Shown in pieces: positions 21,668 to 31,801 of a stretch of DNA of 41,827 nucleotides. Source of the stretch: Candidatus Marinamargulisbacteria bacterium (GTDB lineage: Bacteria; Margulisbacteria; Marinamargulisbacteria; SXXA01; JAHFDB01). Both the position numbers and the translations under genes were made by a program. The stretch lies in the NCBI GenBank assembly GCA_964202165.1, contig CAXNHA010000001.1:1-41827 (forward strand), written 5' to 3'. Position 1 is the first letter of the stretch. Each line of letters starts with the position of its first letter. Under the pieces are notes generated by a model. That model saw only the letters and a list, made by a program, of their open reading frames with translations. It was not told the DNA's origin and searched no databases.

Positions 21668-22143
21668 AACCTGCTGAATCCAATGAAGCTGGCTTCCAAT
21701 CCATCGAATCCAATAAAAAAGCCTATTTCAACTACGAAATTTTGGAAAAACTTGAAGTGGGCATTGTGCTCACAGGATGTGAAGTAAAGTCCATTCGAGC
21801 AGGCCACATCACCATCCGAGACAGTTTTGCCCGTGTTGTCACAAAAGAATTGTGGCTATTCAATTGCACCATCCAACCCTATACCTATGGCAATAGGCAC
21901 AACCCCGATCCTGTACGCAATCGAAAGCTGCTGATTCACCGTGCACAACTCGCCAAGTGGGAGGCCAAAGTCTCGCAAAAAGGATTGGTCTTAGTCCCTG
22001 TCTCTATTTATTTTAAACATGGGAAAGTAAAACTCAGCATAGGCCTTGGAAAACCCAAAAAATTGCATGATAAACGACAAAGCCTCAAAGAAAAATCAAC
22101 AAAACGAGAACTGGATCGTGCCATCCGAAACTATCAAAAATAG
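21664..22143 (+). CDS. smpB: SsrA-binding protein
   Basis: 159-aa ORF with NKKAYFNYEILEKLEVGIVLTGCEVKSIR and a basic C-terminal tail. It has an ATGA overlap with nadA. Confidence 0.93.
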   Translation: MKPAESNEAGFQSIESNKKAYFNYEILEKLEVGIVLTGCEVKSIRAGHITIRDSFARVVTKELWLFNCTIQPYTYGNRHNPDPVRNRKLLIHRAQLAKWEAKVSQKGLVLVPVSIYFKHGKVKLSIGLGKPKKLHDKRQSLKEKSTKRELDRAIRNYQK

Positions 22144-22223
22144 CTCAAAAAAATACTTGACGGAATAGATACACTCCCGGTTAACTACTCAAAAATAAAC
22201 TTAGAAACTAATGGAGAATATAT

Positions 22224-22751
22224 ATGCTAAAAAAAATAGGCTTAGGATTGGGAGTGGTTATTATTGTGTTGGCGGGGGTCATTGCGTTACAACCGGACAC
22301 GTTCACATTGTCAAGGTCCATCACCATCAACGCACCCGCTGAAAAAGCATTTGTATTGGTCAACGATTTTCACAATTGGAAGCAATGGTCACCATGGGCA
22401 AAACTTGACCTTGCTGAAAAAGAAACTTTTTCCGGATCAACTCAAGGCGAAGGTGCTATGTTTGCGTGGGATGGAAATTCAAAAGTAGGTGCAGGAAAAA
22501 TGACCATCACCAAGGCTTCCCCTTTTACATCAATCGATATCACCACTGATTTTATACGTCCTATGAAAGCAACCCATTCTGTCCAATTTTCTTTTGTCCC
22601 AGAAGGAAACAATACCCGTGTCACATGGACCATGAGTGGCAAAAAATGTGTCCTGGCAAAAGCATGTTGCCTAGTAAGAAGTATGGAAAAAATGGTAGGC
22701 CCAGATTTTGAAAAAGGCCTAGCTCAACTCAAAGTAGCTGCAGAAAAATAA
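22224..22751 (+). CDS. SRPBCC (START/polyketide-cyclase-like) family protein with an N-terminal membrane anchor
   Basis: 175-aa ORF with an N-terminal hydrophobic helix (IGLGLGVVIIVLAGVIAL). A typical SRPBCC opening follows: FTLSRSITINAPAEKAFVLVNDFHNWKQWSPW. A GGAGA Shine-Dalgarno is present. Confidence 0.6.
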   Translation: MLKKIGLGLGVVIIVLAGVIALQPDTFTLSRSITINAPAEKAFVLVNDFHNWKQWSPWAKLDLAEKETFSGSTQGEGAMFAWDGNSKVGAGKMTITKASPFTSIDITTDFIRPMKATHSVQFSFVPEGNNTRVTWTMSGKKCVLAKACCLVRSMEKMVGPDFEKGLAQLKVAAEK

Positions 22752-22763
22752 CTATCGCATATC

Positions 22764-23855
22764 TTATGGCAAGCTTAGCGTAACTTGGAGGTCTGTCCCC
22801 AATCGCTTTACAGCTACAATGGTCATACGATAGGCATGAGATAGCGTGGTAATACAGGGGCCAGCGAAAACGGATTTTCCATCCTGGCCCAAAAACTGAG
22901 GAGAAAATATCAAATCCAGCCGGTCTACAATTGTTGCTTCTAGAGCCGAGCTAATGATAGCCTGTCCTCCTTCGATCATCATATACCACCAACCAGCTTC
23001 TTTTGTTTTTTTGAGAATAGAGTCCCAATCCAAGCGTCCTTGCTTATCAAGAGGTACTCGCCAAATAGTGGCTTTTTGATGCAATTCTGATGACACAACA
23101 GCCTCTTGCGAGCACACGATCACTGTTTTTCCAGAATCAAAAATACGTGCATTCAACGGTGTTTTTGCCCTAGAATCTAGCACCATTTTCACAGGGGAGG
23201 TCCCGCCATCTTTTAGCAACCCATATCGCACACCAAGGTTTGGATCATCTGCCAATACGGTGCCAATGCCAACCACAATCACATCTGCCAATCCTCTTAG
23301 TTTGTGGACATCTTTGAGCGATTTTTGTCCACTGAGATACTTGCTAACCCCATTTTTTAGGGCAATTTTCCCATCCAAACTCAAAGCCACCTTAATATGG
23401 ACATACACCGTGTTTGCCTTGACGCTTTTGAAAAATGGGGCATTCAACTGTCGTGCCTGAGCTTCGCAAAGACCTGTTCTTACCCGAATACCTGCCGACT
23501 CTAAAATAGAAGCAGAGCTACCTTGCATCCTAGGACTAGGATCCGCTACTGCATAAACAACTTCCTTGATACCCGCTTGGATAATGGCTTGGGTGCAAGG
23601 AGGGGTCTTTCCAAAGTGGTTACAAGGCTCAAGCGTCGCATACAAGGTACTCCCGTATGCAAGAGTCCCCGCTGAGGATATTGCCTCTATTTCTGCATGC
23701 TCCCCGCCAAATATGCGGTGAACACCTCGGGACACAACCTGACCTTCTTTGACAATCGCAGCAGCCACAGCCGGATTTGGAGATACAGATTTGATGTACT
23801 GAGACGCCAATTGGATCAACTGACGCATCAAACGGTTTTCGTTAAGGGGAGGCAT
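22764..23855 (-). CDS. ribD: Bifunctional riboflavin biosynthesis protein RibD (pyrimidine deaminase / uracil reductase)
   Basis: Deaminase zinc motifs are present (HAEIEA, LEPCNHFGKTPPC), followed by the reductase domain. The ORF track starts at 23960. Alignment to the usual RibD N-terminus favours MPPLNENRLMRQLIQLA at 23855, which overlaps the upstream gene by 14 nt. Confidence 0.9.
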   Translation of the reverse strand: MPPLNENRLMRQLIQLASQYIKSVSPNPAVAAAIVKEGQVVSRGVHRIFGGEHAEIEAISSAGTLAYGSTLYATLEPCNHFGKTPPCTQAIIQAGIKEVVYAVADPSPRMQGSSASILESAGIRVRTGLCEAQARQLNAPFFKSVKANTVYVHIKVALSLDGKIALKNGVSKYLSGQKSLKDVHKLRGLADVIVVGIGTVLADDPNLGVRYGLLKDGGTSPVKMVLDSRAKTPLNARIFDSGKTVIVCSQEAVVSSELHQKATIWRVPLDKQGRLDWDSILKKTKEAGWWYMMIEGGQAIISSALEATIVDRLDLIFSPQFLGQDGKSVFAGPCITTLSHAYRMTIVAVKRLGTDLQVTLSLP

Positions 23856-25485
23856 GATTGCGCAGAGACGGTTGATCAAAAACCAACTTTTGATCAATAT
23901 AAATGCTGAGGTGCCCTCCTGGAAGAACAGGGTACTCTTGCCTAAAATTTTCTGCGGCATTCAACATACGATGTAGCAAGACAATGCGATTATCAGGTGT
24001 TTCGTAGATAATATCCAACATATAAGGATCCCAGTGTTCCAATACGGAGGCCGTTATAGACAAAATAATATAGGGATGAGGCCCTGGCTTTACCAAAATA
24101 TCCAACGGGTATCCTTGACTAATAACCACGTCGATACGTTGGTGAGGGTCGAGTAGGACGTTTGGAGATGGAAACTGGCTTAAGATAAGCCCTTTTGGGT
24201 GCAGGGGCGAGTACAGTTGTTTTACAATATTAAGTGTGACCGATTCCGGCAAAAAATAAGACACTTGAGACAAAAATTTTCCTACCAAATTGGGGGCTCT
24301 CTTTTGCCCTTCACCTTTGGACAAAAAAAGCTCAACCATCCGATTTTCTTTGACTTCTCTTCCTGCTTCAGGACGAACACCTATCACAATCCCCTCAGGA
24401 AAACGGGCATGAAATCGATATCCCACGACTTTGCCATACAAATGGTTCTGTAGAAGGACAGCTTGAGCTTGTTGGAGGGACAAGCCTTCCAATTGAGGAA
24501 CTATTTGATTTTTAGTAGGAGATGTTATGTGTCGATATACCTCTTGTATGCCAAATAGACAAAGACAAACAAGGATGATTGCAGCAATAAGTCGAAAATA
24601 GCCCATTTGTTTTTTCTTGCGGGTTTTTCGAATGGTTTTTTTTAGCTCTTGTTCGATGGGTGAATATTTTTTAATGGGAATAGGTACTATTTTTTGGCGA
24701 CTGTAGGTATAAATCATATCTTCAAAAGAGGCAAAACGCATGGAGGGATCGCTGGACAGACAAATCGTTGCCAATGCCTTGATTTTTTCTGGAATAGCTG
24801 AAAATCGTTTAACAAATGGCTGGGGGGGACTCAGTAAAGCCGTGTGGTGTTTTTCAATAACATGAGTGGGTGGATAGGGCCAATCTTTTCCAAATAATCC
24901 ATACAGCAAGACGCCAAAGGCGTAGACATCTGATTGAATGGTGTATTCCCCCCGCTGAAAAAACTCTGGAGGATAAAAAATAGCATCATCTAAAGCAGAT
25001 AACTGGTTCCATCTTGATTTTAAAATAACAAGAGGGATTGAAACTCGGGATAAAAGAATATTGCCATCACCGTTAACCCATATATAAGAGGGTGACAATG
25101 TCCCACAGACAAGCCCTATCTGCTCCAATTGCTTGACCCCTTCCAAGAGGCGTGAAGAAAACTGCCATAATTGTCCTGCGGAAGGTTTTTGTTGCAAAAA
25201 TATATCCAACGTAACCCACTCTTTGGGTGCAGGAGAGATAACAAACCAAGCCCCATTATAGACCACTGTTTCAAGGACAGGTAAAAACCCATCATAGTTT
25301 AGAGAAGCTATTTTGGATAAAGTATTGCGGAGTTCTTCTATCAAAGAAGGGGTTAAGAATTCTTTTTTATATTCCCATATTAAGACTGATTCTTGTGTGA
25401 GATGATGGATACCCTGATACAAAAAAGAAATTAAATCTTCATATACCAAGTGGTTGATATGATAGGCCTCATGTTTAAATGTCAT
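23842..25485 (-). CDS. PASTA-domain membrane protein with a degenerate Hanks-type kinase domain (predicted pseudokinase)
   Basis: 547-aa ORF with a PknB/PrkC-like layout: kinase-like fold (aa 1-265), TM helix (FRLIAAIILVCLCLFGI) and two PASTA-like repeats (VPQLEGLSLQQAQAVL..., APNLVGKFLSQVS...). The catalytic motifs are replaced: the Gly-loop reads YEDLIS, VAIK reads VLIW, HRDxKxxN reads CGTLSPSY, and DFG reads SRV. Confidence 0.8.
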   Translation of the reverse strand: MTFKHEAYHINHLVYEDLISFLYQGIHHLTQESVLIWEYKKEFLTPSLIEELRNTLSKIASLNYDGFLPVLETVVYNGAWFVISPAPKEWVTLDIFLQQKPSAGQLWQFSSRLLEGVKQLEQIGLVCGTLSPSYIWVNGDGNILLSRVSIPLVILKSRWNQLSALDDAIFYPPEFFQRGEYTIQSDVYAFGVLLYGLFGKDWPYPPTHVIEKHHTALLSPPQPFVKRFSAIPEKIKALATICLSSDPSMRFASFEDMIYTYSRQKIVPIPIKKYSPIEQELKKTIRKTRKKKQMGYFRLIAAIILVCLCLFGIQEVYRHITSPTKNQIVPQLEGLSLQQAQAVLLQNHLYGKVVGYRFHARFPEGIVIGVRPEAGREVKENRMVELFLSKGEGQKRAPNLVGKFLSQVSYFLPESVTLNIVKQLYSPLHPKGLILSQFPSPNVLLDPHQRIDVVISQGYPLDILVKPGPHPYIILSITASVLEHWDPYMLDIIYETPDNRIVLLHRMLNAAENFRQEYPVLPGGHLSIYIDQKLVFDQPSLRNHASP

Positions 25486-25516
25486 ATGGTTTTGATTTTA
25501 GGCTAATTCTTCTTTT

Positions 25517-27099
<1,583 letters not shown>

Positions 27100-27167
27100 T
27101 CAAAATATGTTTTTTTACCCCATTTTATCCAAAACAAGATATACCTGATTCTTGGGAGAAGCACAAC

Positions 27168-27785
27168 TTATTTTTTGTACAAAACCACTGTCATATCGTT
27201 TGGCAAATAATGGTGCCTTACTTCTACATTTTTGGAAAAATCAAGGGCCCAAGATAGGATATCCGGAGGAGAATAATAGGTAAACGCGTGGGTGTCTTTT
27301 TCTGTTTCTGGTATTTTTGCTGATAGGACATTGAAGGCGACGATATCGTTGGATTTATCCAACATAGATTGGATCGCCATTTTTACATAGGCCTCTGGGT
27401 CGTCCCATTTGTGGCTTAATATGCCGGATGACAAAACAATGTCCGCTCTTTCCTGACAAGAAAAATCCAAGCCATCCCCTATCACAAACCGTGCTTGCGG
27501 ATACTTTTTTTTTGCAATACGAATCATTTCTGAGCTCAAGTCGATGCCAGTATAGGTGCTCTTGTATCCCTGTTGGGACATAAGTCCGACGAGATCACCT
27601 TGCCCACATCCGATATCCAAAACAGATTGTCCATCCCAATGAATGGAGTAGGTAAGGGCCCAAAACCGTTGGATTTGGGTAAACCGAGAATACCAACCCA
27701 GAGCAGAAGGAGAGTCCCCGTATGTCAGGCTTAGCTGATCGTACATATCTCGAATCCAAGCAGCTGTCCTGCTGCCATTGTCCAT
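27168..27785 (-). CDS. Class I SAM-dependent methyltransferase (substrate unknown)
   Basis: SAM-binding motif I is VLDIGCGQGDL. The ORF track starts at 27875 inside asd. MDNGSRTAAW at 27785 lies 2 nt after the asd stop. Confidence 0.7.
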   Translation of the reverse strand: MDNGSRTAAWIRDMYDQLSLTYGDSPSALGWYSRFTQIQRFWALTYSIHWDGQSVLDIGCGQGDLVGLMSQQGYKSTYTGIDLSSEMIRIAKKKYPQARFVIGDGLDFSCQERADIVLSSGILSHKWDDPEAYVKMAIQSMLDKSNDIVAFNVLSAKIPETEKDTHAFTYYSPPDILSWALDFSKNVEVRHHYLPNDMTVVLYKK

Positions 27786-27787
27786 GC

Positions 27788-28798
27788 TTAGACCAACGAT
27801 AAGTCGATGAGCGCTTCTGCGATTTGCACTGCATTTAGAGCAGCCCCTTTTCGTAAATTGTCCGCCACACACCACAACTCAATGCCATTGCGGATGGAGA
27901 GATCTTCACGAATTCTACCCACAAAAACAGGATCTTGTCCGGCTGTTTCTCTTGGAGTTGGATATACCAAGTGAGCAGGGTCATCCATCACGACAACACC
28001 AGGCGATGCCCCCAACAAAGAACAAACCTGTGAGGCTGTTAGTTTGTCTTTGGTTTGGATATTGACAGTCTCGCTATGCCCAATAAATACAGGGACCCTC
28101 ACTGTGGTTGCGGTAACAGCAATAGAAGGATCTAGCATTTTTTGGGTTTCTTGGATCATTTTCATCTCTTCTTCTGTATACCCATTGTCACAAAAACCCC
28201 CAATTTGGGGTATCAAGTTAAACGCAATAGGATGAGGAAATTTTTTGGGAACAATATCGCCCCCATTGAGGCTGAGTCGAGATTGGGCTTCAAGTTCAGA
28301 CATCCCTTCTTTTCCAGCACCTGATACAGATTGATACGTAGACACAACAACACGCAAAATAGTGGCAGCCTCATGAATAGGCTTTAAGGCCACAACCAGT
28401 TGGGCTGTAGAACAGTTTGGATTGGCAATAATCCCTTTGTGATACTTTAACGCTTCTTTGTTGACCTCTGGCACAACCAAAGGCACATCAGGATACAGTC
28501 TAAAATGGGACGTATTGTCAATGACAATAGCACCTGCTTTTGCTGCAATAGGTGCAAACTGTGCAGAGACGTTACCTCCTGCAGAGAACAGGGCAATGTC
28601 CACACCTTCAAACGACTTTTCATCTAAGGCCTGTACATCCACATGCTCACCTGCAAAAGATACTATAGCACCTGCCGAACGAGCCGAAGCCAGAGGAATG
28701 AGTTGTTGAATCGGAAACTGTCGAGACTGTAAAATCTGAATGATTTCTCGCCCCACAACACCTGTGGCGCCTACCACTGCTACTACATATGATTTCAT
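27788..28798 (-). CDS. asd: Aspartate-semialdehyde dehydrogenase
   Basis: 336-aa ORF with VAVVGATGVVG, the active-site NPNCST, and the SGAGK motif. Confidence 0.93.
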   Translation of the reverse strand: MKSYVVAVVGATGVVGREIIQILQSRQFPIQQLIPLASARSAGAIVSFAGEHVDVQALDEKSFEGVDIALFSAGGNVSAQFAPIAAKAGAIVIDNTSHFRLYPDVPLVVPEVNKEALKYHKGIIANPNCSTAQLVVALKPIHEAATILRVVVSTYQSVSGAGKEGMSELEAQSRLSLNGGDIVPKKFPHPIAFNLIPQIGGFCDNGYTEEEMKMIQETQKMLDPSIAVTATTVRVPVFIGHSETVNIQTKDKLTASQVCSLLGASPGVVVMDDPAHLVYPTPRETAGQDPVFVGRIREDLSIRNGIELWCVADNLRKGAALNAVQIAEALIDLSLV

Positions 28799-28805
28799 TT
28801 TGTTT

Positions 28806-28835
28806 TTTATAACACGAATCTGTTATTGAGCACAA
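28806..28835 (-). promoter_or_regulatory. Putative asd promoter: TTGTGC, 18 nt spacer, TATAAA, with the -10 only 7 nt from the ATG
   Basis: The minus strand reads TTGTGCtcaataacagattcgtgtTATAAAaaacaaaATG. There is no purine-rich Shine-Dalgarno. This is a motif match only. Confidence 0.3.
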
Positions 28836-28928
28836 ATTGCATTTTTTCAAAAAGTTTCGATAACCAAGTGGAGATTCAAAAACGGTAATGCCAAATAAGG
28901 ATCGGAGAGGAAAACGACTAAAGTAAGG

Positions 28929-28952
28929 GAGGGCACCTAAATAGGCACCCTC
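28929..28952 (-). terminator. Putative intrinsic terminator hairpin after sodA
   Basis: The minus-strand RNA GAGGGUGCC-UAUUUA-GGUGCCCUC forms a 9-bp stem containing two G-U pairs. The same positions are C-A mismatches on the plus strand, so the hairpin is strand-specific. It starts 5 nt after the sodA stop. The downstream U-tract is imperfect (CCUUACUUUAGUCGUUUU). Confidence 0.4.
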
Positions 28953-28956
28953 TTAT

Positions 28957-29565
28957 TTATTTTTTCGCCAATAACCGCCGTTCTACTTCCTCCCAGTTGA
29001 CCACATGCCAGAATGCAGCCACATAATCCGGGCGTCTGTTTTGATAATGAAGGTAATAGGCATGCTCCCATACATCTAACCCTAAAATAGGGGTTTTACC
29101 TTCCATCAATGGGCTATCTTGATTGGCGGTAGAGCTGACCTCTAATGAGCCGTTTTGACAAACAGTGAGCCAAGCCCATCCACTACCAAATCTTGTTTTG
29201 GCAGCTGTTTCAAATTTTTCCTTAAACACGTCCCAACTTCCAAAATTTTCCAAGATCGCTTGTGATATTTTAGGGGTCGGTTGCTGAGGTGCACCAGGAT
29301 TTAGAATTGTCCAAAACAAGCTGTGATTGGCATGTCCTCCCCCATTGTTCTTAACCACTTGTTTAATGGCATCTGGCACACTGTTGATATCTCGAAGAAG
29401 ACTTTCTACCGTTTTCTCTAAGAAGGGGGTGCCCTCTAGAGCCACATTAACGTTTGTAATATACGCTTGATGGTGTTTTGTATGGTGGATTTCCATTGTT
29501 TTTGCATCAATGTAAGGCTCAAGATCTGCGTACGCGTAAGATAACTTGGGTAATTCAAAAGCCAT
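28957..29565 (-). CDS. sodA: Superoxide dismutase, Mn type
   Basis: 202-aa ORF with [30 protein letters not shown] and DVWEHAYYL. The ANQDSPL and [10 protein letters not shown] strings match the Mn-SOD rather than the Fe-SOD pattern. Confidence 0.92.
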   Translation of the reverse strand: MAFELPKLSYAYADLEPYIDAKTMEIHHTKHHQAYITNVNVALEGTPFLEKTVESLLRDINSVPDAIKQVVKNNGGGHANHSLFWTILNPGAPQQPTPKISQAILENFGSWDVFKEKFETAAKTRFGSGWAWLTVCQNGSLEVSSTANQDSPLMEGKTPILGLDVWEHAYYLHYQNRRPDYVAAFWHVVNWEEVERRLLAKK

Positions 29566-29577
29566 GTCTAAACTCCT

Positions 29578-30177
29578 TTATTTTGAAACCGTTTCTTGTA
29601 GATAGGTAGCAATGCCCGCTTGGTTTGCTTTTAAGGCTTTTTCGCCTTTTTTCCAATTGGCTGGGCAGACTTCCCCATTTTGTTCAAAATATTGCAAGGC
29701 ATCTACCATCCGAAGAACCTCTTCTACGTTACGACCCAAAGGAAGATCGTTAACGACTTGATGTCTCACAATCCCAGCCTTGTCGATTAAGAATAGACCT
29801 CTGTAAGCTGCACCCACTGCCTCTGCAACCACATCGTATGCCTGAGATATTTGTTTTTTGAAGTCCGAAATAATGGGATAGGTGACACCTTGTATTCCGC
29901 CTTTTTCTGGGGGAGTGTTCAGCCATGCCAGATGGGAGTACCAAGAGTCAACACTTGCGGCAATAAGCTGCACATTTTTGGATTCAAATTCGGATAGCTT
30001 GTCTTGAAAAGCATGCAATTCTGTTGGACATACAAAGGTAAAATCAAGCGGATAAAAAAACAAAACAACGTATTTTCCTCGAAAGTTAGACAACGAAAAC
30101 TTATCCACAATCTCGTTGCCGTTGATGACTGCTTTTACACTAAAATCAGGAGCTTCTTTGCCAACCAATACAGCCAT
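29578..30177 (-). CDS. ahpC: Typical 2-Cys peroxiredoxin (AhpC/Prx1 subfamily)
   Basis: The peroxidatic Cys is in DFTFVCPTEL and the resolving Cys in GEVCPANW. The ORF track starts at 30231. MAVLVGKEAPDF at 30177, preceded by GGAAGGA, is the likely start. No ahpF is adjacent. Confidence 0.9.
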   Translation of the reverse strand: MAVLVGKEAPDFSVKAVINGNEIVDKFSLSNFRGKYVVLFFYPLDFTFVCPTELHAFQDKLSEFESKNVQLIAASVDSWYSHLAWLNTPPEKGGIQGVTYPIISDFKKQISQAYDVVAEAVGAAYRGLFLIDKAGIVRHQVVNDLPLGRNVEEVLRMVDALQYFEQNGEVCPANWKKGEKALKANQAGIATYLQETVSK

Positions 30178-30213
30178 ATCTACAAATCCTTCCGTAAACA
30201 AAATTTCTTCGAA

Positions 30214-30243
30214 ATGATACCATAGACACACTTTTCAAAACAA
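30214..30243 (-). promoter_or_regulatory. Putative ahpC-sodA promoter: TTGTTT, 18 nt spacer, TATCAT with an extended -10 TG
   Basis: The minus strand reads TTGTTTtgaaaagtgtgtctaTGgTATCAT, about 36 nt upstream of the ahpC ATG. A second candidate further upstream has TTGACA followed by TAGCAT. Both are motif matches only. Confidence 0.35.
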
Positions 30244-30417
30244 GTAGTAGATATGCTAGTTTTGGACATTTCTTTGTCAAACGAGGAGAGATTGTGTCGG
30301 ATCTTGTTTTTTTTGGGATTATGTTGCTGGGGATTACAGTCAGTCCCTGGGCATTGGTGCGTACCGTGCAATGGGTCGTTTCTAAGACACAAGACGCTAC
30401 AAAACAGAAATAAAAAA

Positions 30418-31293
30418 CTATGTGATGATGTAGCCTCTTAGCTTTGCAGGCTTGCTTCGTGGATTGTTTTTAAATTCTTTCTGGGTAATGGTAATGGGTT
30501 TTTTTGAAAGGGGGGTCATGTTTTTCAAAGAAGCAAATTGCTGTTTTACCAATCGGTCTTCCACAGAATGAAAGCTGATAATAGCAACCCTACCGTTGGG
30601 TTTTATGAGATGTGGAATGTCTTCCAAAAGGGTTTTGAGAGAGGCTATTTCTTGATTGACTTCTATACGGAGGGCTTGAAAAACTTGAGCACACGTTTTG
30701 AGATAAACGGAACGAGAATTACGAAAGAAAAAGCTTTTTTTGATGGCATAAATCAGCTGACCCGTATGGGTATATGGGGACACTGTCCGGTTGTCTAGAA
30801 TATGTTGAGCCAACTTTTCTGGTTGACGAATGTCTCCATATACTTTCCACATCTCAACGAGCTGATGAGAAGGGTAGGTATTGAGAATATGCCCGGCTGT
30901 TGTACCCTGTTCAGAATTCATCCTCATGTCCAACGGCCCTTCTTTGAGGTAGCTAAATCCTCGAGATGCATCATCAAGCTGAACAGATGACATCCCCAAA
31001 TCCACCAACAGTTTATCGACTCCAACAAGACCCATTTCTCTTAGTAGGGTAGCCAGGGTAGAAAAATTTTTATGGACAAGCGTCACCCGAGCATCCTGTG
31101 AAAAAATGGTCTTACAAGCAGCAAGAGAGGCCGGATCTTGATCACACCCTATCAAACGTCCTTCTGGGCCAAGTTTTTTCAAAATACCCTGACTATGCCC
31201 CCCGTAGCCTATTGTTCCATCTACAACAACATCAGAAGGCTGGATGTCTAGCATATCCAATGTGTCTTGGTATAAAACAGGTATATGTAACAT
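30418..31293 (-). CDS. rsmH: 16S rRNA (cytosine1402-N4)-methyltransferase
   Basis: 291-aa ORF with HIPVL, DGTIGYGGHS, DLGMSSVQLD and ISFHSVEDRLVK. An AAGAGGA Shine-Dalgarno is present. Confidence 0.92.
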   Translation of the reverse strand: MLHIPVLYQDTLDMLDIQPSDVVVDGTIGYGGHSQGILKKLGPEGRLIGCDQDPASLAACKTIFSQDARVTLVHKNFSTLATLLREMGLVGVDKLLVDLGMSSVQLDDASRGFSYLKEGPLDMRMNSEQGTTAGHILNTYPSHQLVEMWKVYGDIRQPEKLAQHILDNRTVSPYTHTGQLIYAIKKSFFFRNSRSVYLKTCAQVFQALRIEVNQEIASLKTLLEDIPHLIKPNGRVAIISFHSVEDRLVKQQFASLKNMTPLSKKPITITQKEFKNNPRSKPAKLRGYIIT

Positions 31294-31425
31294 GGTTAAA
31301 AAGTCCTCTTTATCGGTATTATTGAAGCTTGCTATTCAAAAGACGCCCATGATAGGATAACCGTCCGTTTTATGCTAAAAGTCAATTTTTAAGAAAATCA
31401 GAAGTAGAAAGCTAAAGGAGTTTGC

Positions 31426-31797
31426 ATGCGAGAGTACGAGATTTTATACATTATAAAACCCCATTTGCCCGACGAAGACTATACCAAGATTGTCGCAGCT
31501 TTTGAAGGCTGGATTACCAGCAATGGGGGCGAAATCATACTATCCAATGTGATGGGACTAAAAGAGTTGGCAACGGTATTTGACAAAAAAACACATGGAT
31601 ATTACGTCCAATGTCAGTTTAAGTCAGGCAACGAAGCATTGTTGGAGATTCAATCCAAACTTGCTGTTAACGAAATCATTTTCCGCCATCTTCTGGTTAC
31701 ATTGGATTCCATTCACCCAAAACCTGGGTCTGAGCTGAAAAAAAGAAATAAAAAATCAAAGTCTTCTTTGTCTGTCCCTGAAAAAAAAGAGGTCTAA
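31426..31797 (+). CDS. rpsF: 30S ribosomal protein S6 (with a Lys/Ser-rich C-terminal extension)
   Basis: MREYEILYIIKP opening, an AAGGAG Shine-Dalgarno, and the rpsF-ssb-rpsR-rplI gene order. Confidence 0.92.
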   Translation: MREYEILYIIKPHLPDEDYTKIVAAFEGWITSNGGEIILSNVMGLKELATVFDKKTHGYYVQCQFKSGNEALLEIQSKLAVNEIIFRHLLVTLDSIHPKPGSELKKRNKKSKSSLSVPEKKEV

Positions 31798-31801
31798 TTA
31801 G

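Noticed and set aside
22144-22223. Expected tmRNA (ssrA) gene next to smpB
   Set aside because: Only 80 nt separate smpB from the next CDS. That stretch looks like a promoter and Shine-Dalgarno region (TTGACG ... GGAGA) and is far too short for a ~350-nt tmRNA.
31294-31425. Possible structured S6:S18-binding leader upstream of rpsF
   Set aside because: I can see a promoter-like TTGCTA ... TGaTAGGAT and only a 4-bp GACG/CGTC stem. I cannot match the known rpsF leader fold by eye. This is left for an Rfam scan rather than reported.
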